A DNA stretch of 64,000 nucleotides. It comes from Bdellovibrionales bacterium. Lineage in GTDB: Bacteria > Bdellovibrionota > Bdellovibrionia > Bdellovibrionales > UBA1609. This document shows positions 17,953 to 27,665 of this stretch, one piece after another. The position numbers and the translations under genes were made by a program. Under the pieces are notes generated by a model. That model searched no databases and was not told the DNA's origin. It worked only from the letters and a program-made list of their open reading frames with translations. Within the stretch, counting starts at the first letter, position 1, and each line of letters starts with the position of its first letter. Where the stretch lies: contig JAHDIR010000001.1 of the NCBI GenBank assembly GCA_020630675.1, forward strand, positions 153,015 through 217,014. Direction: 5' to 3'.

Positions 17953-19085
17953 AAGTCGCAATTCTAGACCCCTCTCTTTTTGGTCACCTTTATGATCATT
18001 TTTTATGTAGCCACTTAAGGCAGCAAGATTTGGACGTTACTTTGTTTTCAAGAAAGCCTCGTTCTGGGGAAACCAATTTTCAAGGAGTCTCTTACAGCGT
18101 TTCTTTTGTTTTTTACCACTGGAGTGAGAAGTTATTGGGGATAGGGTGGAGAAGGTTTGGTCTTTTCATTAAGGGGCTTGAACATATTTTGGGTCTGTTT
18201 TTTTTGTATTTTAAATTTTTAAAAATTAAACCTGATGTTATTCATTATCAATGGCTTTGTTTGCCGGTGATTGATCTGTTATTTGTTAAAATCTTTAAGA
18301 CTATCGCTCCTTGCTTTGTTACCGTGCATGACAGTAAAGACTACCTTTTGGCAACAAGCTCCGGTCTTCAGCTTTATAAGATGAAAGAGTGTCTTATGAA
18401 ATTTGACCATTTTATTGTCCATACAGAGCAGGCTAAAGAAAATATGTTGAAGCACGGCTTTGATGCTCATCAGGTTTTTGTTGTTCCCCATGGGGCTTAC
18501 TCTTTGCTAGATGTAGATAAAGAACCTTGCAGTTTGCCGGCTAAGAATGAAAAGTGGCTTTTGTTGTTCGGCATATTGCGTAAATACAAAGGAGTTGATC
18601 TTCTCGTGGATGCTTTTTCCTCTCTATCGGTTTCTGAGAAGAGGGGGTGGAAGCTTATGCTTGTTGGTAAAGCTGATATGAATTTAAAGGGCCTTTATCG
18701 GCAAATCAGTGATAGAGGGTGTGATGAGAGTGTGTTTTGGGACTTGGGTTATGCTTCAGAAAATAAGCTTCATCAGTATTTAAGTCATTGTGATGCTTTG
18801 GCCTTTCCTTACAGAGAAATTGATGCCAGCGGAGCTTTTTTTCTTTCATTGAGTTACAATAAGCCGATGTTGGCTTCCGACAAAGGCGTGTTTCGAGAAA
18901 ATATTACACATAAAAAAACGGGTTTATTGGTAAAGTCCGGTGATTTGGGGAGTTTAAGGTCTGGGCTCATCGAGTTGTTCTCGTCTGTTGAGCAAAATGA
19001 GTTTGAGCCTTTGGAGTTTGTTCCCGACTGGTCAGATAGTGCTATTCTAACTAAGAAAATCTACGTCAATGCGTTGAATCAGTAA
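17949..19085 (+). CDS. Family 4 (GT-B, Glycos_transf_1) glycosyltransferase
   Basis: C-terminal YREIDASGAFFLSLSYNKPMLASDKGVFRENI matches the GT1/GT4 EX7E region. TTG start overlaps the upstream TGA. Confidence 0.75.
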   Translation: MKVAILDPSLFGHLYDHFLCSHLRQQDLDVTLFSRKPRSGETNFQGVSYSVSFVFYHWSEKLLGIGWRRFGLFIKGLEHILGLFFLYFKFLKIKPDVIHYQWLCLPVIDLLFVKIFKTIAPCFVTVHDSKDYLLATSSGLQLYKMKECLMKFDHFIVHTEQAKENMLKHGFDAHQVFVVPHGAYSLLDVDKEPCSLPAKNEKWLLLFGILRKYKGVDLLVDAFSSLSVSEKRGWKLMLVGKADMNLKGLYRQISDRGCDESVFWDLGYASENKLHQYLSHCDALAFPYREIDASGAFFLSLSYNKPMLASDKGVFRENITHKKTGLLVKSGDLGSLRSGLIELFSSVEQNEFEPLEFVPDWSDSAILTKKIYVNALNQ

Positions 19086-19089
19086 AAAA

Positions 19090-19117
19090 TTGACATGGTT
19101 GCAAAATAAAATATAGT
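19090..19117 (+). promoter_or_regulatory. Sigma-70-like promoter inside the glycan locus (TTGACA-16 nt-TATAGT)
   Basis: TTGACA at 19090-19095 and TATAGT at 19112-19117, in the 74-nt gap upstream of hddA. Flanked and overlapped by the direct repeat GTTGCAAAA (19098-19106, 19116-19124). Confidence 0.4.
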
Positions 19118-19159
19118 TGCAAAAGCAAGAACTTATGATCAATTTTTATGGGTGTATAA

Positions 19160-20173
19160 ATGTTTTGTAAATCTAAAATTGTTACAACTAAAACACCTTT
19201 TCGTGTGAATTTTTTTGGCGGAGGAACTGACCTCCCTTCTTATTTCAATGAAAATGAAGGTGCTGTTCTTGGCACCACCATTGATAAGTATTCATATGTC
19301 ACAATTAATTCGTTAGAACGTCTTTTGGAAAAGAAAATTCGAATTTCATACTCTAGCCTCGAGTTGGTCGATCATCCTGAAGAAGTTAGTCATGATATTA
19401 TTCGCTCTATTCTATTGAACTACAAAAATGAAATGAATGATGTTTTTGTTGATATCCATTCTTATGCCGACTTGCCCTCTGGCACAGGTATAGGCTCCTC
19501 CTCGTCTTTTGCTGTGGGATTCTTAAATGCTCTGCATTTATTGTTTGGGAGGTTTAAAAGAGCAGATGAGTTAGCAAAAGAAGCTATTCATTTTGAGCGC
19601 AATGTATTAAACGAAGCCGGAGGCTGGCAAGATCAAGTCCATGCCGCTTTTGGTGGGTTTAATAAAATTAAATTTTACTCTAATAATTTTGATGTTAATC
19701 CAGTCTTTCTAAGAGAGGAAATTCGCAACGATTTACAGTCTTCTCTTTGCTTTTATTTTACCGGTCAAACCAGGTCTTCATCTGGAGTGCATAAAAAAAT
19801 TGTAACAGATAAAGATAAATACAATTATTTAAAGGCAATGAAAAACCAAGTCGAAGAAGGTCAATCCATTCTCGTTGGACCAAACTCAGGTAATGAAATG
19901 TTAAAAAACTTTGGGCAGCTCTTAAATGAAGCTTGGTCTCATAAAAAAAGTTTGTCAAAGTCTATAAGTACAAGTGTGATTGATGAGATGTATGACGTAG
20001 CTATGGCTAATGGAGCTTATGGCGGCAAACTTTTAGGTGCCGGTGGTGGAGGTTTTTTCTTGTTTATAGTTCCTCCTGAAAATCAACCAAAGTTTAATGA
20101 GTCTTTATCAGCATTAAAAAAAGTTCCAATAAGGATGGTGCAAAGTGGAAGTCAGTTCCTATATTCAAACTAA
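19160..20173 (+). CDS. hddA: D-glycero-alpha-D-manno-heptose 7-phosphate kinase (GHMP kinase)
   Basis: TPFRVNFFGGGTDLPSYF N-terminus and the GHMP motif PSGTGIGSSSSF. Context with gmhA and gmhB. Confidence 0.8.
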   Translation: MFCKSKIVTTKTPFRVNFFGGGTDLPSYFNENEGAVLGTTIDKYSYVTINSLERLLEKKIRISYSSLELVDHPEEVSHDIIRSILLNYKNEMNDVFVDIHSYADLPSGTGIGSSSSFAVGFLNALHLLFGRFKRADELAKEAIHFERNVLNEAGGWQDQVHAAFGGFNKIKFYSNNFDVNPVFLREEIRNDLQSSLCFYFTGQTRSSSGVHKKIVTDKDKYNYLKAMKNQVEEGQSILVGPNSGNEMLKNFGQLLNEAWSHKKSLSKSISTSVIDEMYDVAMANGAYGGKLLGAGGGGFFLFIVPPENQPKFNESLSALKKVPIRMVQSGSQFLYSN

Positions 20174-20183
20174 AGGTTTAGAG

Positions 20184-20786
20184 ATGGACAGCCTAAAAAT
20201 AATTAAAAATGCATTTGAGGCCTCTGCTAAAAATGCCAATAATTTAGCGAGTTCGATATTAGTGAGAGAGCAAATCATGGAAGCTGTCGAGCTGATTGTT
20301 TCTGCTTATATGAATGGGGGATGTTTGTTCGTTGCTGGCAATGGAGGTTCTGCTGCTGACGCTCAGCACTTAGTTGCTGAGCTTGTGAGTAAGCTTTATA
20401 AAGATAGGGATCCAATTCGTGCTTTTGCTATGACTGTAGATACATCTATCCTAACCGCTGTTGGTAATGATTACGGCTATGAAAAAGTTTTTGAAAGGCA
20501 AGTTCGTGGTCTAATGAAGCCAAACGATGTTTTTTTAGGCATTACAACTTCAGGCAATTCATTGAATATTCAAAATGCATTTAAGGCGTGTCAATCCATA
20601 GGTGCTAAATCAATATTACTGTCAGGGCCAACAGGTGGAAAAGTCCTTGGCCTTGCCGACAAAGTAATATTAGCTCCTGGAGAGCGTACTGACTTAATTC
20701 AAGAGAATCATTTGACTATTTATCACACATTATGTCACTTGATTGAAATAAATCTCGTCAATAATGGGCTATGTAAATATTTGTAA
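20184..20786 (+). CDS. gmhA: Sedoheptulose 7-phosphate isomerase
   Basis: SIS-domain motifs GNGGSAADAQH, GITTSGNS and ENH. ATG 20184 gives the typical 200 aa and has an AAGG RBS. The maximal ORF (GTG 20145) would overlap hddA by 29 nt. Confidence 0.85.
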   Translation: MDSLKIIKNAFEASAKNANNLASSILVREQIMEAVELIVSAYMNGGCLFVAGNGGSAADAQHLVAELVSKLYKDRDPIRAFAMTVDTSILTAVGNDYGYEKVFERQVRGLMKPNDVFLGITTSGNSLNIQNAFKACQSIGAKSILLSGPTGGKVLGLADKVILAPGERTDLIQENHLTIYHTLCHLIEINLVNNGLCKYL

Positions 20787-20802
20787 AACAAAGGATAGAA
20801 AG

Positions 20803-21813
20803 TTGAAGAAAAAAGCGCTAATTACAGGTTTCACAGGAATGGTAGGTTCTCATCTTGCTGATTATTTACTTGAAAATACCGACTGGGAAATTCACGGCAT
20901 GATGAGGTGGAGAAGCCCACTTAGTAACATCGAACATTTACTAGATCGCATTAATAAAAAAGACAGGGTTCATACTATATATGCTGACCTCAATGACCAT
21001 GGCTCTCTTTATAAAACTCTTGAAGACTTAAAGCCTGATTATATTTTTCATTTAGCAGCGCAAAGCTTTCCAAAAACTAGTTTTGATGCTCCCATTGAAA
21101 CTCTCGAGACCAATATTTTAGGAACTTGTCGCTTATTAGAAGCCTTAAGGCACCTCGAGCAAAAACCAGTTGTTCATGTCTGTGCTTCTTCTGAGGTTTT
21201 TGGTCGAGTTCCAAAAGAAAAGCTACCAATTGATGAAGAGTGTAGTTTTCACCCAGCTTCTCCTTACGCTATTTCAAAAATTGGTACTGATTTAGTTGGG
21301 CGTTATTACGCCGAAGCCTATGATATGACGGTAATGACAACTCGTATGTTCACTCACACTGGGCCGAGAAGGGGAGATGTTTTTGCTGAATCTTCTTTTG
21401 CTAAACAAGTGGCTATGATTGAGATGGGGCTAATTCCACCAGTTGTTAATGTAGGAAATTTAGACTCTCTAAGAACTTTTGCTGATGTTAGAGATGCGGT
21501 GAAAGCTTATTATATGTTAGTCACTGTTAACCCTATTGGAGGAGAGTATTATAATATAGGTGGTAGTTATGTCTCTACTATTGGGGATATGCTGCAGACT
21601 TTAATAGACATGTCGACGGTTAAAAATATTGATGTCAGAGTTGATAAAAGCCGTCTTCGAGCTTTAGATGCTGATTTACAAGTTCCTGATACAAGCAAGT
21701 TTAAAAAACATACTGGTTGGGAGCCTCAATACAAATTTGAGCAAACAATGGAAGATCTCTTAAATTATTGGAGAGTTCGCCTAAAGAAAGGTGAAAAGGT
21801 TTTACAAAGGTAA
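20803..21813 (+). CDS. GDP-sugar 4,6-dehydratase (Gmd/DmhA-like)
   Basis: KKALITGFTGMVGSHL, SSEVFG and YAISK motifs of short-type GDP-mannose 4,6-dehydratases. TTG 20803 has an AAGGA RBS. Maximal ORF ATG at 20764. Confidence 0.8.
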   Translation: MKKKALITGFTGMVGSHLADYLLENTDWEIHGMMRWRSPLSNIEHLLDRINKKDRVHTIYADLNDHGSLYKTLEDLKPDYIFHLAAQSFPKTSFDAPIETLETNILGTCRLLEALRHLEQKPVVHVCASSEVFGRVPKEKLPIDEECSFHPASPYAISKIGTDLVGRYYAEAYDMTVMTTRMFTHTGPRRGDVFAESSFAKQVAMIEMGLIPPVVNVGNLDSLRTFADVRDAVKAYYMLVTVNPIGGEYYNIGGSYVSTIGDMLQTLIDMSTVKNIDVRVDKSRLRALDADLQVPDTSKFKKHTGWEPQYKFEQTMEDLLNYWRVRLKKGEKVLQR

Positions 21814-21815
21814 AG

Positions 21816-22751
21816 ATGAATAAGAATAGTAAAATTATTATAACTGGGGCAGGTGGTCTTGTTGGTTCTAATTTGAAGCAGTTTCTTCAAAATGAGGGCT
21901 ACAGCTCAGTCATGGGCTTAACTCGAAAGGACTGTGACTTAACTGACTTAAATGAAACTATTTCTTTTTTTAAGAAAGAAAAACCAGACTATGTATTTCA
22001 TATCGCCGGTTTTGTTTTTGGAATTATGGGTAATATGAAGCAACAAGCAAAATCTTACCTTATGAACACCCTGATTAATACTCATGTCGTTGAGGCCTGT
22101 TATCAATCTGAAGTTAAAAAAGTAGTAGCTATGGGTTCAGGGTGTGTTTACCCTTATCCTTCCCCAGGCTTGCCTCTAAAAGAAAAAATGGTTTGGCAAG
22201 GTGAGCCCCATGACTCAGAAATGGCCTATGCTCACTCTAAAAGGTCTATGTTGGCCCAGTTAGAGGCCTACAAGGATAGTTATGACATGGATTATGCCTT
22301 TGTTATTAGTGGCAACTTGTTTGGGCCTAATGATAAATTTGATGAAAACTTTGGTCATGTGGTCCCGTCTTTGGTCAGTAAGTTCCATAAGGCCGCACAC
22401 TCAGAAAGTAATGTTGTGGTTTGGGGAGATGGTTCTGCTCAAAGAGATTTTTTATATGTTGAAGACGTAGCTCGAGCTCTTGAGGTTATTATGTTAAAAA
22501 TTTCTGGGGCTGTAAATATGGGGTCTGGAAAAGTTATTTGCATTAAGGATATTGTGCATGAGCTTGCTGAGATTACCGGAACTCAAGATCGAATTGTCTG
22601 GGACTCATCTAAACCAAACGGACAAGACTACCGAGCATATAATTTGGATAAGCTATTTCAGGCGGGTTTTGAACCTAAATTTACCTTAAAAGAAGGTTTG
22701 GAAAAAACAGTTCGATGGTTTTCAGAGAATATTAATTCTGTGAGACGTTAA
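21816..22751 (+). CDS. GDP-4-keto-6-deoxy-sugar epimerase/reductase (Fcl/DmhB-like SDR)
   Basis: IIITGAGGLVGSNL, YAHSKR and GPNDKFDENFGHVVPSL are typical of GDP-L-fucose synthase relatives. Confidence 0.75.
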   Translation: MNKNSKIIITGAGGLVGSNLKQFLQNEGYSSVMGLTRKDCDLTDLNETISFFKKEKPDYVFHIAGFVFGIMGNMKQQAKSYLMNTLINTHVVEACYQSEVKKVVAMGSGCVYPYPSPGLPLKEKMVWQGEPHDSEMAYAHSKRSMLAQLEAYKDSYDMDYAFVISGNLFGPNDKFDENFGHVVPSLVSKFHKAAHSESNVVVWGDGSAQRDFLYVEDVARALEVIMLKISGAVNMGSGKVICIKDIVHELAEITGTQDRIVWDSSKPNGQDYRAYNLDKLFQAGFEPKFTLKEGLEKTVRWFSENINSVRR

Positions 22752-24668
22752 ATGACCGATCAATTATGTATTGGTATTGTCAGCCCTTGGCCTAAAGTTA
22801 AAAACGCTGAGTTTGAAGTTATTGAGCGAATGAAGTTCGTTATTCAATCAATGGGCCATAAATATATTGTCATTGACTCCGAGGGTATTTTTGTAGAGGG
22901 CACACACTCTCAACTAGATGATCAGGTAACTTTTGTTATCTCAATGCATTTTATTTCTGCAAAACTATGGTTCAATTATACTTATTATGCTGTTTGGAAT
23001 CCTGTTCGGTTTTATCATGATGCAAAATACGAAGAGGTGATGAATAACGTCCTGTCTTATGATGATTATTTACTATACCCCTCGCAACCAATGAAGCGGC
23101 ATCTCCTTAATTTTTTTCGTGGTACTAATAAAAATATGGGAGGAGAAAGTGAATGGGTGGCAGGCTGTTCTGGTCCTTTATTAAAGCCTTCGATCGACCA
23201 ATTAAAAAATGCTAAATTATTTTACGTCGGTATAAATTGGGAAAAAATTAGTAATAAAAATGGTCGTCATCATAGTTTATTAAAAAAGTTTGATAAAGCT
23301 AAGGTTATTCGTATATTTGGTCCAAGGAAGTTTGCTGGCGTCAGGCCATGGGCTGGCTTTGATAGTTATGAAGGGGATATACCTTTTGATGGCCACTCTC
23401 TTATAGAAAAACTTCACGATTGTGGAATATCTTTGGTTTTGTCATCTGAACAGCACCGCTTATCAGAGGCCTGCTCTAGTCGTATCTATGAAAGTTGCCA
23501 TGCTGGTACGGTTATTATATCTGATCGTAATACATTTGTTACTAATCAATTTGCGGATCGAGTTCTTTATTTTACCTATGGTAAAGATGATGAAGAGACT
23601 TATCAAAATATAATGAAGCAAGTGAATTGGGTGAAAGATAATCCTGAGAAGGCCTTGGAGCTCGCTAAAAGTAGTCAGCAGCTATATGTTGAGAAATATA
23701 GCATGGAACAAGGCTTAAGAAATATTATAAAAAACCATCCCAAGAGGTTGGAGGTTTTTAATAAAAGACATTTACCTCTTGATAAAAGTATTGTTGTTGA
23801 TGTTGTCATTCCTTGGTTAAGTCCTAACATAAAAGGAGCTGAAAAATTATTGCAGTCCATATCTCAACAATCCTACTTAAATATTAATATAGTTATTTTG
23901 TGTGATACCAGCCTGAAAAATTCTTGGGAAAAGTTATGTCAACCTACTGGGAAGTCTTTTGAAGTTCATGAAGTGAATATGTTTGTTGATGCAAAGCTAA
24001 AGCCAAAGGCTATTAATGGAGTGTTTGTTAGCGAAGCTCTTAAGCGATCTAGTTCCGATTATTTTATTTTATTAAATCAACAAGAACAGTGGAGCACTCA
24101 TCATGTATCATGCTTATTGGGAGCTTTGCAGAGAAAACCAAATGCAAATGTTTCTATTTCTGGTAGCATTGTTGATGGCGCAAATAGTAGCAGCACCCAT
24201 CTTTTAGCAGCTACTCCTGACGATTTGGGTGAAATAGTGGGCTTAAGATCTTTATGTGACTCGGGTTCTTTTTTGTTTCGCAATTCTTTTGCATCTAGTG
24301 ACATATTCATTCTTATTGAACAGCTCTTTCATAGTTTTATAACGCCCATGTTGATTGAGGCTCTAAAAGAAACTGAGGGAATTTATGCTGCCACAAATAC
24401 ATTGTCTTCGAAGGCAAAAAATAACAATGAGGTCAAAGAATTAGATGTTTTAATTGCAATGAGAACAATTGGTGAGTTTTACCGCCTGGATCTTAATTAT
24501 AGAAAGTTAGTTAATAGTTTTGTTTTAACAAGAACTAAATCGATTTCTTTTTGGGAAATTCGTAAAGTAACTCTTGAGTTTATTAAAGGAAAGCTTCGCC
24601 AAAAGAAGAGGTTGTTTGCCTTTTCTAAATATATATATAAGAAATTTATCTGTAGATTTATCTATTAA
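22752..24668 (+). CDS. Two-domain putative glycosyltransferase (CgeB/GT-B-like N-half, degenerate GT2-like C-half)
   Basis: 638 aa. SRIYESCHAGTVIISDRNTF resembles the CgeB-type GT-B C-terminus. VVDVVIPWLSPN...QQSYLNINIVILCD resembles a GT2 N-terminus, with CDTS in place of DDGS. Confidence 0.5.
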   Translation: MTDQLCIGIVSPWPKVKNAEFEVIERMKFVIQSMGHKYIVIDSEGIFVEGTHSQLDDQVTFVISMHFISAKLWFNYTYYAVWNPVRFYHDAKYEEVMNNVLSYDDYLLYPSQPMKRHLLNFFRGTNKNMGGESEWVAGCSGPLLKPSIDQLKNAKLFYVGINWEKISNKNGRHHSLLKKFDKAKVIRIFGPRKFAGVRPWAGFDSYEGDIPFDGHSLIEKLHDCGISLVLSSEQHRLSEACSSRIYESCHAGTVIISDRNTFVTNQFADRVLYFTYGKDDEETYQNIMKQVNWVKDNPEKALELAKSSQQLYVEKYSMEQGLRNIIKNHPKRLEVFNKRHLPLDKSIVVDVVIPWLSPNIKGAEKLLQSISQQSYLNINIVILCDTSLKNSWEKLCQPTGKSFEVHEVNMFVDAKLKPKAINGVFVSEALKRSSSDYFILLNQQEQWSTHHVSCLLGALQRKPNANVSISGSIVDGANSSSTHLLAATPDDLGEIVGLRSLCDSGSFLFRNSFASSDIFILIEQLFHSFITPMLIEALKETEGIYAATNTLSSKAKNNNEVKELDVLIAMRTIGEFYRLDLNYRKLVNSFVLTRTKSISFWEIRKVTLEFIKGKLRQKKRLFAFSKYIYKKFICRFIY

Positions 24669-24682
24669 TTATAAGGTTAATT

Positions 24683-25462
24683 ATGAGCCTATTTTCGAAG
24701 TTTTTTTGTTTAGATAAAAAGTTTTTAGTACTTTCTCTTGTAAAGGTGGGGTTAAAATTACGTTATAGAGGCTCTAGCCTAGGCTATATTTGGTCTTTAT
24801 TGGTTCCCCTTTTTACAGCGCTCACTTACTTTTTTGTATTTAAAATTGTCATGCGCTTACAGGTTCCTAACTATGATGTATTTATTATTGTTGGAGTTTT
24901 ACCTTGGGCTTTTTTCTCATCAACATTAGCTGATGGCATGGAATCTGTTTTAAGCAAGCACTCGCTTATGTCAAAAGTACCTATTCGATTTAATATTTTT
25001 CCTCTTTCAATATCGCTAACCCATTTAATAAATCTTTTAATTTCCTATTTAATTATTTTTGGTTTTATCTTTTATAAAGGAATTCCTGTAACAAAGTATT
25101 TTGTTTTATTACCATTTTTAATCACTTTGCTGTTTTTAATAGCTTACTCTCTTGCTGTTATTTGCTCGGTACTGTTTGTTTACTTCAGAGACTTGAGGCA
25201 TGTTTTGGGCGTAATTATACCCGTTTGGATGTATGGAACTCCAATTTTATATCCAATTGACCTTGTTCCTGAAAATCTAAAAAAATGGTTTGTTATTAAT
25301 CCGGTTGGTGGTTTTTTTATAGCGAGTGAACAGATCATATTAAAATCTCAAAGGCCTGATTTATCATATTTAATACTTCTTACAGGTTGGACATTTTTAT
25401 TTTTTTGTTTGGCTAACCTTTTAATTTTTAAATTTAAAAATAATTTAGTTGAGGACTTATGA
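24683..25462 (+). CDS. wzm: ABC-2 type polysaccharide export permease
   Basis: 259 aa, six predicted TM segments, N-terminal LKLRYRGSSLGYIWSLLVPL motif of ABC-2 permeases. Overlaps wzt (ATGA). Confidence 0.8.
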   Translation: MSLFSKFFCLDKKFLVLSLVKVGLKLRYRGSSLGYIWSLLVPLFTALTYFFVFKIVMRLQVPNYDVFIIVGVLPWAFFSSTLADGMESVLSKHSLMSKVPIRFNIFPLSISLTHLINLLISYLIIFGFIFYKGIPVTKYFVLLPFLITLLFLIAYSLAVICSVLFVYFRDLRHVLGVIIPVWMYGTPILYPIDLVPENLKKWFVINPVGGFFIASEQIILKSQRPDLSYLILLTGWTFLFFCLANLLIFKFKNNLVEDL

Positions 25463-26208
25463 GCCCAGTAATTTCGGTCAATAATATTTCAAAGTCGTTC
25501 AAAAGGTGGAATAATTCCCCAAGTAAAGAGTTTAAATCTGTTTTAATTAACATGGCTAAACTTAAAAACCCTTTTTCTGAAAAACCTGAGAGAGATATTG
25601 TTTTAGAGAATATTAGCTTTGATATATTTTCTGGTGAGTTTGTAGGTATTATGGGTAGAAATGGTATTGGCAAAAGTACTATTTTAAAGTTAATTAGTGG
25701 TATTTATTCGTGTTCTAGTGGTTCAATTAAAACAAAAGGCATTATTGCACCTTTGTTAGAGCTTGGTGCTGGCTTTGAAATGGACTTGAGTGGATATGAA
25801 AACATTTTTTTGAATGCGTCTATTATTGGCTATAACCGCAGTAAAATTGTAGATAAAATTGATGAAATTATAGAGTTTTCTGGTTTAGGTGATAAAATTC
25901 ATAGGCCTGTTAGAAATTATTCGAGTGGAATGTTGGTTCGCCTTGGTTTTTCCATAGCATCGCATTTGGATGCTCCAATCTTAATTCTTGATGAAGTTCT
26001 TGGTGTTGGTGATATTAACTTTGTAGCAAAATGTGTTGAGAGAGTTCATTACTTACATAAAAAAGGGACAACTATTGTTTTAGTTAGTCATAGTCCTGAT
26101 CAAATTAAAGAGCATTGTACTCGTTGTATTGTTCTTGAAAAGGGGCGTGTACTTTTTGATGGTGAAGCTAGTCAGGGAGCAGATAAATATATTGAGCTCA
26201 TGGTTTAA
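25459..26208 (+). CDS. wzt: Polysaccharide ABC exporter ATP-binding protein (short form, no C-terminal carbohydrate-binding domain)
   Basis: Walker A GIMGRNGIGKST, signature YSSGMLVRLGFS, Walker B ILILDE. 249 aa. Confidence 0.85.
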   Translation: MSPVISVNNISKSFKRWNNSPSKEFKSVLINMAKLKNPFSEKPERDIVLENISFDIFSGEFVGIMGRNGIGKSTILKLISGIYSCSSGSIKTKGIIAPLLELGAGFEMDLSGYENIFLNASIIGYNRSKIVDKIDEIIEFSGLGDKIHRPVRNYSSGMLVRLGFSIASHLDAPILILDEVLGVGDINFVAKCVERVHYLHKKGTTIVLVSHSPDQIKEHCTRCIVLEKGRVLFDGEASQGADKYIELMV

Positions 26209-26210
26209 TA

Positions 26211-26732
26211 TTAGAAATCTAATATGTTAGGTTTTGAGTCGTGGCATAACCTAAAGTAATCAATAACTTCCCTAACGGCACCTTCGCCTCCATTTTTTTT
26301 TGTAACATAGTTTACATAGGACTTAACTTCATCAGTGGCATCAGCAACTGTTGCAGAAAAGCCTGCTTTTTTTAATAAAGGGGTATCGAATAACTCATCG
26401 CCCATATAAAGAGTTTCTTCATCGGTACATTCAGCCTGTTTTTGAGCATCTAGGTAGGACTGCCTTTTGTCAAGGTGACCAAGGTACAAGTAGTGAGCTC
26501 CTAAAATTTCAAATCTCTTTCGAACATTTTTAGATTTGCCTCCAGAGATAATACCAACTTTATAACCTGCCTCAATAAGAAGTCTAAGGCCATAGCCGTC
26601 TCTGATATGGTAAAAACGTAAAAACTCTTGAAGAGAATCGTCCCATAAAAGTTTACCGTCAGTTAAGATGCCATCGACATCAAAAAGAAAAAGTTTTATT
26701 TTTTTTAACTTATCTAAATTTTGTTTTTGCAT
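26211..26732 (-). CDS. kdsC: 3-deoxy-D-manno-octulosonate 8-phosphate phosphatase
   Basis: LFLFDVDGILTDGKL, GDELFDTPLLKKAGFS and GGEGAVREV HAD/KdsC motifs. 173 aa. Confidence 0.85.
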   Translation of the reverse strand: MQKQNLDKLKKIKLFLFDVDGILTDGKLLWDDSLQEFLRFYHIRDGYGLRLLIEAGYKVGIISGGKSKNVRKRFEILGAHYLYLGHLDKRQSYLDAQKQAECTDEETLYMGDELFDTPLLKKAGFSATVADATDEVKSYVNYVTKKNGGEGAVREVIDYFRLCHDSKPNILDF

Positions 26733-26814
26733 GAAAGAATCACCTATTTTGAATTGAGTGATTTCAAGCTAAACGTTTCTGTAGATTATGGCAATATGCA
26801 CCTGAGCAGATAAA

Positions 26815-27630
26815 TTATAAGTTATTTACTAGCTTGTGAATGGCGAATAAATCTTTAGTAAACTGAGGAATTTTAGTCAGTTCTAAGGCAGTTGTTTTGT
26901 CAGATAAGGCTTGCTCTGGCTGAGGGTGGGTTTCCATAAAAACTCCATCAGCTCCTGCAGCCACGGCGGCACGAGCTAAAGGAACGATAGATTCCCTGGC
27001 ACCTCCAGTATAAGTGCCCATGCCTCCAGGCTTTTGAACACAGTGGGTGGCATCGTGAATGGCTTTTACGCCAAAAGATTTCATAATTTTAAAAGAAGAC
27101 ATATCGACAACGAGGCGATTGTAACCAAAGGAGCTTCCTCGTTCAGTTAATAAAATACGCTCAGCAGGTAAGAACTCTTTTGCTTTTTCAACAATGTTTT
27201 TGGTTTCTTCAGGGGATAGGAACTGTCCTTTTTTAACTTTTAATGTGCAGTTATTTTCAGAACAAGCTTTTGCTGCAGATAATATCATATCGGTTTGACG
27301 ACATAAGAAAGCAGGAATTTGTAAAACATCTACCGCTTGTGCCACGGCTGATGTTTGCGAGGGAAGGTGACAGTCAGTGAGTGTTGGGAGGCCAAATTTT
27401 TCTTTGACCTTTACGAGTATAGAAAGCCCTTCATCAAGACCAGGGCCTCGAAAAGAACTTATGTTTGAGCGATTAGCTTTGTCAAAACTGGCTTTAAAAG
27501 TGATATTGAAATCAGGGTTTGCGACATGACTCACTAAGTAGTCTGCAATTTTAAAAACTAATTCTTCACTTTCAATAACACATGGGCCGATATAAAAATT
27601 AAATTTATCCATAGAATTAGTACCTAACAT
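26815..27630 (-). CDS. kdsA: 3-deoxy-8-phosphooctulonate (Kdo-8-P) synthase
   Basis: GPCVIESEE, KASFDKANRS..SFRG and HDATH motifs. 271 aa. Alternative start at 27612. Confidence 0.9.
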   Translation of the reverse strand: MLGTNSMDKFNFYIGPCVIESEELVFKIADYLVSHVANPDFNITFKASFDKANRSNISSFRGPGLDEGLSILVKVKEKFGLPTLTDCHLPSQTSAVAQAVDVLQIPAFLCRQTDMILSAAKACSENNCTLKVKKGQFLSPEETKNIVEKAKEFLPAERILLTERGSSFGYNRLVVDMSSFKIMKSFGVKAIHDATHCVQKPGGMGTYTGGARESIVPLARAAVAAGADGVFMETHPQPEQALSDKTTALELTKIPQFTKDLFAIHKLVNNL

Positions 27631-27665
27631 TTAAAACCACAGGGATCAATGGGTATTCCTGGCCC

